A DNA stretch of 64,000 bases from a virus (IMGVR_UViG_3300014202_000478:27464-91463), one strand, 5' to 3'; positions 18,522 through 24,726 are shown, counted from the stretch's first letter. Made by a program: numbers and translations. Notes: a model not told the origin generated them from the letters alone.

Positions 18522-18787
18522 CTATTTTTCTTCATCGAATCACCCGTTGCATTACGATGATCCTTAATCTGCTTGTGATAATCTGGAATATCATCGTCGG
18601 CATGACAAGTAGTGCTTACACTAATTACTTTCCAACCATCATCCCACACACCTTCGCTGTCACGCAGTTTGAGGAACTTATTCAAGACAGCAAATTCCTC
18701 TGGAATATAACTAACTTGTTCTGAGTACGATGTTTCAGAATGCTTTTTCCGCATCTTGCATTGTCTGTAATAAACTGTCTTGCTCAT
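18512..18787 (-). CDS. hypothetical protein
   Basis: 91 aa; stop lies inside the 5' end of the tRNA. Confidence 0.65.
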   Translation of the reverse strand: MSKTVYYRQCKMRKKHSETSYSEQVSYIPEEFAVLNKFLKLRDSEGVWDDGWKVISVSTTCHADDDIPDYHKQIKDHRNATGDSMKKNRAT

Positions 18788-19448
18788 ATATTCTCAATTC
18801 AATCTTCCCGTTATCTACTACTAGGTATGTTGGCGAAGATTCAGTCCAACAGCCACTATTATAATAATCTTTATCCTCTTCCGCAAGATGAGTGTGCCCA
18901 CAACACACAAAATCGCATCTTTCTTTTTCTTTATGCTTACGGGCCAACCCTTTAATTCGGTCAGCACACCGCAGGAACGTTTTGGAGTTGTGTTTGGCTA
19001 ATTTAGCCAGGTAAAAACTCCCATCTAGTTTCTGTAGGAACCAGTATATCACATCTCCAAACCATGTTAGGATTGGATGTTCACTCAAGAAATCATCGTA
19101 TATGTCTCCGTGGAAACATAAAACCTGTTTCCCACCTGATTCGAAAATAAATTCGTCAGTATAATGAACCCCTATCAAATGGGCGATGTATTGTGCTGGT
19201 CCATGAGCATCATGGTTGCCCCTAATCCAAATTACTTCAATGGTGTCGGAAACTTTCCTTATAGTAGATAGGATTTTCCAGTGCCACTTGTGTAATCGGG
19301 AGTCGAAATTCTCGAAAACGTCACCGTTCAGGATCAGTTTCTTTGTTTCTATTTCTTTGTTTTGTATTTTTTCTAGGAAATTAACCAGCGACTTTGCTTG
19401 ACAGTTATCAGCACCAATATGTAAATCGGAAATAATGATTGCATCCAT
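18735..19448 (-). CDS. metallophosphoesterase (LpxH/UDP-2,3-diacylglucosamine hydrolase-like)
   Basis: SDLHIG, NGDVFE, RGNHD, FHGD, GHTH, YNSGCW. Confidence 0.88.
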   Translation of the reverse strand: MDAIIISDLHIGADNCQAKSLVNFLEKIQNKEIETKKLILNGDVFENFDSRLHKWHWKILSTIRKVSDTIEVIWIRGNHDAHGPAQYIAHLIGVHYTDEFIFESGGKQVLCFHGDIYDDFLSEHPILTWFGDVIYWFLQKLDGSFYLAKLAKHNSKTFLRCADRIKGLARKHKEKERCDFVCCGHTHLAEEDKDYYNSGCWTESSPTYLVVDNGKIELRIYEQDSLLQTMQDAEKAF

Positions 19449-19506
19449 ACTAAGTATTTACATTATTAGTCCCTTCGTATATGTTAATTTTCAGAGAAGA
19501 TTTCAG

Positions 19507-19587
19507 TGGCCAAGGTGGGAGTCGAACCCACAATCCCGAAGGAACAAGTTTCTAAAACTTGCGCGTATACCGTTTCGCCACAAGGCC
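19507..19587 (-). tRNA. tRNA-Leu(UAG), class II, with two U.U acceptor mismatches
   Basis: GGCCTTG/CTTGGCC; CAAGT-TT TAG AA-ACTTG; long variable arm. Confidence 0.85.
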
Positions 19588-19696
19588 ATAAAGATCGACT
19601 AGCAGGTGTCACGCCTTTTGATACCGCCGATCAGAATATCCGCCGCTCATTCTGGTTGTCATAGCTAGATGAACTTAAACCTCTTTGGGTAGCCAC

Positions 19697-20188
19697 TTAC
19701 ATATCCATATGTAAAGGAGGATCGCTCACCGCTCGCTCGACCAGCCCTTCGTTCGCGGAACTTGCGTTTTCGCCCCTGCAATGCTCACTGTCCGCTACGA
19801 CCGTTCCTTTTAAATCTCTTTTTTGGGAAGGACTTAACCTTCTAATTTTGGTGTCAGAAGTTAAACAAATTGAAGCTCCATCATTCCAGATTTTCGAATT
19901 TGTCTCAAAAGCTTCAACAATTTTTCTTTCTTCTAGCTCCGCATTACCAAAAACTGCAAATTTTCCACCAAAACTACCAGCTACTATAAATGGGTTATTT
20001 CGGTCTATTTTAACTTTTGTGCGTCTTATTTCCAAGTGAGCAAAGTCGAGTGTGGTCCAAACGTACTTCCACGGCTGGTCATTAAGCCGAGTGTACTTTT
20101 TAGGCCATTTTATAACTTCAAGCCCACAGAAATGCCACTCCTGTAGTGGCATTTTTAAGAGCCAATAGTCCAATTCTTCGAAAAACAT
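19697..20188 (-). CDS. hypothetical protein
   Basis: Starts MFFEELD 3 nt after the tRNA-Ser 3' end. Confidence 0.6.
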   Translation of the reverse strand: MFFEELDYWLLKMPLQEWHFCGLEVIKWPKKYTRLNDQPWKYVWTTLDFAHLEIRRTKVKIDRNNPFIVAGSFGGKFAVFGNAELEERKIVEAFETNSKIWNDGASICLTSDTKIRRLSPSQKRDLKGTVVADSEHCRGENASSANEGLVERAVSDPPLHMDM

Positions 20189-20191
20189 AAG

Positions 20192-20278
20192 CGGAGGGTG
20201 TAGGATTTGAACCCACGGTCCCCTTGCGGGGACTCTAGTTTTCAAGACTAGCGCAATCGGCCACTCTGCCAACCCTCC
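20192..20278 (-). tRNA. tRNA-Ser(UGA)
   Basis: GGAGGGT/ACCCTCC-G; CTAGT-CT TGA AA-ACTAG; long variable arm. Confidence 0.95.
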
Positions 20279-20313
20279 AGCAATTTCACACCCCGTTAGA
20301 CATATATAACAGT

Positions 20314-20904
20314 ATGCTAAACTTTAGGGGGTGGTTTATGGAGACTTTCAGCGTACCAAAGTCGCATATAAAAGTCAAGTTGCCTTCTGCTAAACAACCC
20401 AAAAACTTTTCCTGTGGGGCTTCCGCTTTAAGGGCTATCGCAGTCCATTTTAACGTCGGTCCTAACAACGAACAATTCTATATAGACAAGTGTAACACAA
20501 CTTATAAAGATGGTACACACCCAAAAGATATTATTCGTGTTGCCCGTGAACTTGGCCTAACCGTAAGGTCTAAGTCCAAAATGTCCATCAAAGACCTACA
20601 TGAGTATCTTGATGACGGTATTCCTGTTGTCTGCTCCATCCAAGCATGGGGCGATCAGAAAAAATATCCCGACACCGACCACAGCGGGCATTATGTCGTC
20701 GCCATCGGCTACACCAATGACAAAATCTATTTCATGGACCCGTCAATTAAAGGCCACCGTGGATTCCTGCCTAATGACGAATTTATCGAACGCTGGCACG
20801 ATGAAGAAGCTGATGGCACCAAACTCAATCGCTATGGAATCGCCATCTGGAATCCCACAGCAATTAAAAAACAACATTTGAACAAAGTCAAAAAGATTCA
20901 ATGA
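20314..20904 (+). CDS. C39-like cysteine peptidase with capsid-targeting-like N-terminus
   Basis: QPKNFSCGASAL (Cys), GHYVVAIGY (His), FMDPS (Asp); starts MLNFRGWFME. Confidence 0.85.
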   Translation: MLNFRGWFMETFSVPKSHIKVKLPSAKQPKNFSCGASALRAIAVHFNVGPNNEQFYIDKCNTTYKDGTHPKDIIRVARELGLTVRSKSKMSIKDLHEYLDDGIPVVCSIQAWGDQKKYPDTDHSGHYVVAIGYTNDKIYFMDPSIKGHRGFLPNDEFIERWHDEEADGTKLNRYGIAIWNPTAIKKQHLNKVKKIQ

Positions 20905-21134
20905 TAGTGTTCGGGCTTACGTCGATCCGAACGCTTTAACTTCATGATGGCCGACCTATAGCAATCCAACCAATATTCGTGTTGGAAGTTGTCAGGATTC
21001 CAGCCACTGAGAATCTTTTTGATGTAATCGTCCCACTTCATCTTGTTCTTGGCACAATTATCATCCAAAACTCGTTCTTCAAAAACCGTTGTTAGTTCAT
21101 CAAGGATATCAACTAGGGGTATTTTCTTGCTCAT
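20898..21134 (-). CDS. hypothetical protein
   Basis: MSKKIPLVDIL...; in array run. Confidence 0.55.
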   Translation of the reverse strand: MSKKIPLVDILDELTTVFEERVLDDNCAKNKMKWDDYIKKILSGWNPDNFQHEYWLDCYRSAIMKLKRSDRRKPEHYH

Positions 21135-21375
21135 TTTTATTTCCAATATAATTACCGTCGTCGTCCCAATCGTCATCGTTTCTTGGCTTGACTATCATCA
21201 ATACTAATTTGTCTCCGCACCACACAGGAGCGCGAAGCGTCGTCCATTTTTCATGTGTGTATTTTGTGTTCAATTGAAGGTATAAGTCTTCTAGGGAATC
21301 TGCACAAAGCACTTCTGAATCTATGCGTTTTCCTAGTTCTTTCAATTCTTTAAGTGTAATTGGTTCCCAACTCAT
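21109..21375 (-). CDS. hypothetical protein
   Basis: TAATG coupling to upstream ORF. Confidence 0.55.
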   Translation of the reverse strand: MSWEPITLKELKELGKRIDSEVLCADSLEDLYLQLNTKYTHEKWTTLRAPVWCGDKLVLMIVKPRNDDDWDDDGNYIGNKNEQENTPS

Positions 21376-21647
21376 TACCAACAATCCTCTTCATATTCAT
21401 TGCGCTGTGAAGCATAGTAGTCTTCCCATGCTTCCTTTTCGTATTTCGCTTCTAGCTCTCTATCTCTGATTTCTTGCAGTGATGGATAGCCATTGGCTTT
21501 CCTGTCCCTGCCAGGGTTAATCAGTTTTGAAAGCTGTCGTTCTGGATCGGTTGCATGAGCGTCCCCGTAGTAGAACTCATATTTGCATTCTGGACAATAA
21601 TCTCTGCGGGGGTCATTACCTAAATTCGGATGGTCGCAAAAATCCAT
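21375..21647 (-). CDS. small Cys-motif hypothetical protein
   Basis: AGGAG RBS just after tRNA; MDFCDH...YCPEC. Confidence 0.65.
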   Translation of the reverse strand: MDFCDHPNLGNDPRRDYCPECKYEFYYGDAHATDPERQLSKLINPGRDRKANGYPSLQEIRDRELEAKYEKEAWEDYYASQRNEYEEDCW

Positions 21648-21661
21648 TATTAAACTCCTAG

Positions 21662-21736
21662 TAGCACGGAAGGGATTCGAACCCTTACTGCCCACGTTTT
21701 AAATGTGGTGACTCCTGCCAGTTGGTCTACCGTGCC
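21662..21736 (-). tRNA. tRNA with Leu anticodon UAA and short variable loop
   Basis: GGCACGG/CCGTGCT-A; CCACA-TT TAA AA-CGTGG; variable loop GCAGT; 75 nt. Confidence 0.9.
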
Positions 21737-21752
21737 ATAAGTGGCCCTAGTC

Positions 21753-21929
21753 TTAACTCAGTATTACTAAATCGTTGCCCATATTGTCAGGTTTTGTATC
21801 CTTTTTAGTCGCGTCGTTAATTGCCTGGAAAAATCCTTGCATCTGCTCGTTAATATGTTCAACAGCTTCAATCTCTTCCTGACTCCAGCCAGCATCTTGA
21901 TACATTTTCCGCAATTCGTCTTTTGTCAT
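21753..21929 (-). CDS. small hypothetical protein (58 aa)
   Basis: ATG 2 nt after tRNA discriminator; MTKDELRKMYQDAGWSQEEIEAV... Confidence 0.55.
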   Translation of the reverse strand: MTKDELRKMYQDAGWSQEEIEAVEHINEQMQGFFQAINDATKKDTKPDNMGNDLVILS

Positions 21930-21931
21930 AG

Positions 21932-22019
21932 TGGCCTTGGCGGGATTCGAACCCGCACCCTCTTACGAGGACAACGTTCTCAACGTTGCGCGTTTACCTG
22001 TATGTTACACCACAAGGCC
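21932..22019 (-). tRNA. tRNA-Leu(GAG), class II, enlarged D loop
   Basis: GGCCTTG/CAAGGCC-A; CAACG-TT GAG AA-CGTTG; D region TAACATACAGGTAA. Confidence 0.88.
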
Positions 22020-22023
22020 ATAG

Positions 22024-22104
22024 TGTGGTAGGTGGGACTTGAACCCACACCCCTTTCGGGACACGCCCCTCAAGCGTGCGCGGCTGCCATTACGCCACTA
22101 CCAC
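22024..22104 (-). tRNA. tRNA-Leu(GAG), class II
   Basis: GTGGTAG/CTACCAC-A; CACGC-TT GAG GG-GCGTG; long variable arm. Confidence 0.93.
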
Positions 22105-22420
22105 ATGTTTTTCTTCGCTTCGTCAAAAAATATCTTCGAGCATTCAGACAGGTGCGTTTTTGTATATCTTTCTCCTGTCTTTATCCAGAAGAAATTGTAA
22201 ATTTCTCTAATGGCTTGCACCAAGCCATCCTCGGTCAACTCACCTCTGTAAGCTGCCAAGCGAAAACTTGGTCAGCCATATTCAGGGCATTGTAGTCCTT
22301 GAGTTAAAGGAAGCCTATAGCCATCCCTCCAAGCCCAACATCGCGGATTGTTCCATTCCTGAATCCGCTTTCCAACTACAATTAGTTCTGTAGGTGTCAT
22401 TTAACCTCCATAGGAAAAGG

Positions 22421-22600
22421 TTATATATCGTATGCTTCCCATTTCTTGTTATATTCTGCTCGCCATACTGAGTATCGTTGTTTTGGACCACGATATCCTA
22501 GTCGCTCTTTATTACGGATTTTGAATCCACATTCTGTGACCATTTTCCTGCGAACGAACTTATAGAACCCAGGATGGTCTAATATTCCATATTTATTCAT
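22421..22600 (-). CDS. small basic hypothetical protein
   Basis: ATG 2 nt after tRNA discriminator; MNKYGILDHPGF... Confidence 0.55.
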   Translation of the reverse strand: MNKYGILDHPGFYKFVRRKMVTECGFKIRNKERLGYRGPKQRYSVWRAEYNKKWEAYDI

Positions 22601-22602
22601 AG

Positions 22603-22677
22603 TAGCACGGGTGGGATTCGAACCCACACTGTCCACGTTCTAAGCGTGGCGACTCCTGCCAATTGGTCTACCGTGCC
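22603..22677 (-). tRNA. tRNA with Leu anticodon UAG and short variable loop
   Basis: GGCACGG/CCGTGCT-A; CCACG-CT TAG AA-CGTGG; variable loop ACAGT; 75 nt. Confidence 0.9.
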
Positions 22678-22852
22678 GTTCTTCTTCTAACTGCTTGCGT
22701 AATTTCGCAATTCTTAACCGCAAGCAATCCACACAAGTCACCTGTTCATCGACATAACTAAGCACTACTTGATCGTGGCCACTAATACCATACATTTTAC
22801 CGCAAAGAGCCATCAAGTCACTGCCCATGCCAGCATGAACTAATCCGTCCAT
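22640..22852 (-). CDS. small hypothetical protein (CxxC)
   Basis: 70 aa; 3' end reads 38 nt into the tRNA. Confidence 0.5.
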   Translation of the reverse strand: MDGLVHAGMGSDLMALCGKMYGISGHDQVVLSYVDEQVTCVDCLRLRIAKLRKQLEEERHGRPIGRSRHA

Positions 22853-23229
22853 ATTCTATACCCCGTTGGTTTACCGTGCCGATCATACTTCGTCCAACCT
22901 ACCTGCCTACAAAACCAATTCCAAACCTTTTTTCTCCAAGGACGCGAGAAATCCATAGGATAACCGTCTGCGTCCAAAGTTGCTCTATACCTTTCTGTCT
23001 CACGGTTATGTTCTGCTAGTTCTTCTGGATGCGTTTCCCAATATTCTCTTGACCGCTTTATATTCTCTGACTCGGCTTCCACCATTACTTTGACACACTC
23101 GCTGTCACGATTCTTTTCACATTCAGGACAGAAAGTAAAACTAAGGTGGCCATCCCACCAGGACCAACTTTCGCCTTCTAGTTTAACTCTCTTGCATAAA
23201 TCGCAATTCATTGTCCATATATCTTCCAT
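22840..23229 (-). CDS. hypothetical protein with CxxC pairs
   Basis: CDLC and CPEC; TAATG coupling. Confidence 0.65.
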   Translation of the reverse strand: MEDIWTMNCDLCKRVKLEGESWSWWDGHLSFTFCPECEKNRDSECVKVMVEAESENIKRSREYWETHPEELAEHNRETERYRATLDADGYPMDFSRPWRKKVWNWFCRQVGWTKYDRHGKPTGYRIWTD

Positions 23230-23393
23230 TAATACCTCATGTCACTCTTGTCGCCGCCCTTATTCAAACGAGCAAGTATTGCTTCTGGAAATTCCTTGGT
23301 AGGTTTACCCCACCATTTATTCATTTTGCGATCCCATATTTGCCAGCCCTTGGGATTAGTTCTTACGCAATATCTAGCGTTTCTTTTGCCCAT
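23229..23393 (-). CDS. small basic hypothetical protein (54 aa)
   Basis: MGKRNARYCVRTNPKGWQIWDRKMNKWWGK...; TAATG coupled to next ORF. Confidence 0.55.
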   Translation of the reverse strand: MGKRNARYCVRTNPKGWQIWDRKMNKWWGKPTKEFPEAILARLNKGGDKSDMRY

Positions 23394-23541
23394 AATCAAA
23401 GTTGCGATATTTGATCCTATAGTATACCTTTCTAGCCTTCTCTTCCAGGTAATTGTATCCTTTAATTACCCAATACATCGCTAAAAGAGAATAGAGATAG
23501 AATATACTACGCCACGTCATTCGTTCATATCTGTTTTCCAT
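23374..23541 (-). CDS. small membrane-associated hypothetical protein
   Basis: ATG 2 nt after tRNA-Ser; hydrophobic stretch IFYLYSLLAMYWVI. Confidence 0.5.
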   Translation of the reverse strand: MENRYERMTWRSIFYLYSLLAMYWVIKGYNYLEEKARKVYYRIKYRNFDYGQKKR

Positions 23542-23543
23542 AG

Positions 23544-23627
23544 CGGTAGGTGCGAGAGTTGAACTCACAAAACCTTTCGGTTTGTCCCGCTTCAAACGGG
23601 GTGGGCCTGCCAATGCCCAAACCTACC
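23544..23627 (-). tRNA. tRNA-Ser(UGA), atypical D arm
   Basis: GGTAGGT/ACCTACC-G; anticodon loop TT TGA AG; long variable arm. Confidence 0.88.
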
Positions 23628-23630
23628 AAG

Positions 23631-23717
23631 CGGAAGGTGTCGGAGTCGAACCGACAAGCCCCTTTCGGGACTACTCGTTTTCGAAACGAGCCGACTTGCC
23701 AATGTGCAAAACCTTCC
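23631..23717 (-). tRNA. tRNA-Ser(CGA)
   Basis: GGAAGGT/ACCTTCC-G; CTCGT-TT CGA AA-ACGAG; long variable arm. Confidence 0.9.
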
Positions 23718-23720
23718 AAG

Positions 23721-23801
23721 TAGTCTAGGTGGGAGTCGAACCCACAATCCCGAAGGAACGAATTTTTAAGACTCGCGCGTATACCGTTTCGCCACAAGAC
23801 C
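23721..23801 (-). tRNA. tRNA-Leu(UAA), class II
   Basis: GGTCTTG/CTAGACT-A (one U.U); CGAGT-CT TAA AA-ATTCG; body similar to tRNA at 19507. Confidence 0.9.
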
Positions 23802-23807
23802 ATGAAG

Positions 23808-23894
23808 CGGAAAGTGTGGGAGTCGAACCCACAAGCCCCTTTCGGGACTACTTAGTTTCCAACCAAGCTGACTTGCCAATGTGCAAAACTTTCC
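23808..23894 (-). tRNA. tRNA-Ser(GGA)
   Basis: GGAAAGT/ACTTTCC-G; CTTGG-TT GGA AA-CTAAG; long variable arm. Confidence 0.9.
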
Positions 23895-23895
23895 G

Positions 23896-24054
23896 TTACT
23901 TATCCTTACAAAAATACCATATTACAAATCCTATAGCAACAAAAACTAATGTAAAAGCCGCTGCCTGCAAAAACATTTCTGGTGTAATCGGCGGATTATC
24001 ATAATGGTTCTTACCAGGCCCGCTTAATGCCTGATTTATAATTACAGTATCCAT
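23896..24054 (-). CDS. small single-pass membrane protein (52 aa)
   Basis: ATG 2 nt after tRNA; TM segment AAAFTLVFVAIGFVIWYF. Confidence 0.6.
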   Translation of the reverse strand: MDTVIINQALSGPGKNHYDNPPITPEMFLQAAAFTLVFVAIGFVIWYFCKDK

Positions 24055-24056
24055 AG

Positions 24057-24131
24057 TAGCCACCGTGGGATTCGAACCCACACTGTTACCCTTTTGAGAG
24101 GTACGACTCCTACCAGTTGGTCTAGGTGGCC
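24057..24131 (-). tRNA. tRNA with Leu anticodon CAA and short variable loop
   Basis: GGCCACC/GGTGGCT-A; TACCT-CT CAA AA-GGGTA; variable loop ACAGT; 75 nt. Confidence 0.9.
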
Positions 24132-24136
24132 ATATA

Positions 24137-24220
24137 AGCGACTGAATAAAGCTGAAAGTCACCCTTATTCACTTAAATTGAGGGCACTCCGAATTTACGC
24201 AGACTACATCAATCATCGCT
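24137..24220 (-). ncRNA. candidate three-way-junction small RNA between two tRNAs
   Basis: P1 AGCGAT/GTCGCT, P2 GATTGA/TCAATT, P3 TGAATAAGG/CTTTATTCA; G.U pairs favour the minus strand. Confidence 0.45.
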
Positions 24221-24222
24221 AG

Positions 24223-24302
24223 TGTAGCGTGCAGGAGTCGAACCTGCAAGGCTTTCGCGTCAAGGTTACAGCTTGGTGGGCCTGCCAATGCCCAAACGCT
24301 AC
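24223..24302 (-). tRNA. tRNA-Tyr(GUA)
   Basis: GTAGCGT/ACGCTAC-A; anticodon loop CT GTA AC; D arm identical to Ser(UGA) at 23544. Confidence 0.88.
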
Positions 24303-24309
24303 ATAAGAG

Positions 24310-24392
24310 TGGGTGTATGAGGATTCGAACCCCTTAGCACTTAGTACAATCGGGTTACAGCCGATTTCGCTTCCCACAGACGTAGTACACCC
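24310..24392 (-). tRNA. tRNA-Tyr(GUA)
   Basis: GGGTGTA/TACACCC-A; ATCGG-CT GTA AC-CCGAT; imperfect T stem. Confidence 0.85.
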
Positions 24393-24393
24393 A

Positions 24394-24512
24394 ATTTGGT
24401 AGCAGGCTTAAAGTGCTACTCGGACTATGACCTTGTTTTTCAGACGGAATTTCACCGCCAGGCCAGCCGTCCGCACCCTATTGCTTGCGTGCGAACCGCC
24501 TTACTACCAAAT
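24394..24512 (-). ncRNA. candidate ~120-nt structured RNA of unknown family
   Basis: Closing stem TTTGGTAGTAAGGC/GCCTGCTACCAAA; hairpin GTTCGCAC/GTGCGGAC; compound arm ending GGCGG-TGAAATT-CCGTC. Confidence 0.55.
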
Positions 24513-24513
24513 A

Positions 24514-24570
24514 ACTCGTATCCCTATTCCGTTAGACGAGTCCACTAACGGCTGAGCGGATTGCTCCACT
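24514..24570 (-). ncRNA. candidate GNRA hairpin plus H-type pseudoknot
   Basis: AGTGGA-GCAA-TCCGCT; S1 CCGTTAG/CTAACGG, L1 TGG, S2 ACTCGT/ACGAGT, L3 AATAGGGAT. Confidence 0.45.
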
Positions 24571-24579
24571 TGGGTTTAG

Positions 24580-24668
24580 CGGAAGGTGAGGGAGTCGAAC
24601 CCTCAGCACCCGTGAGGGTGCGCTAGCTTAGCAGGCTAGTGTGACGAACCGATAGTCACCTACCTTCC
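24580..24668 (-). tRNA. tRNA-Ser(GCU)
   Basis: GGAAGGT/ACCTTCC-G; CTAGC-CT GCT AA-GCTAG; long variable arm. Confidence 0.95.
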
Positions 24669-24680
24669 AAGGCAAACCGA

Positions 24681-24694
24681 ATTTTCAAAGAACA
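24681..24694 (-). promoter_or_regulatory. boxA-like antitermination element
   Basis: TGTTCTTTGAAAAT 12 nt upstream of the first tRNA; resembles rrn boxA (GYTCTTT(A/G)A(A/C)A). Confidence 0.65.
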
Positions 24695-24726
24695 GAAAAC
24701 TTTGGTACAATTGCAATTGCGGGTAT

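Noticed and set aside
22105-22400. Stop read-through: SD-led 42-aa ORF (22400-22272) whose frame stays open after TGA
   Set aside because: Single case, no Sec or suppressor machinery, and neither part is recognisable; chance or a decayed gene is as likely.
17398-24162. Track ORF starts such as MAEWPIA, MECVGSNP, MGSKGSNP, MDSVGSNP, MVLWRNG
   Set aside because: These are translations of tRNA D and T arms; true starts lie downstream of the tRNAs.
24394-24512. FMN riboswitch (CGGTGAAATTCCG...ATAGTCCG resemblance), 5S rRNA or SRP RNA
   Set aside because: Lacks the 5' AGGGC-GGG-GAAA-CCC half of FMN and the SRP/5S signatures, and it precedes a tRNA rather than a gene.
24510-24580. HDV-like theta ribozyme or pistol ribozyme after a tRNA
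   Set aside because: Could not build the nested double pseudoknot with catalytic C, or the pistol consensus.
3927-24668. Suppressor tRNAs or a recoded genetic code
   Set aside because: No CUA, UUA or UCA anticodon; conserved genes are full length under code 11 and use all three stops.
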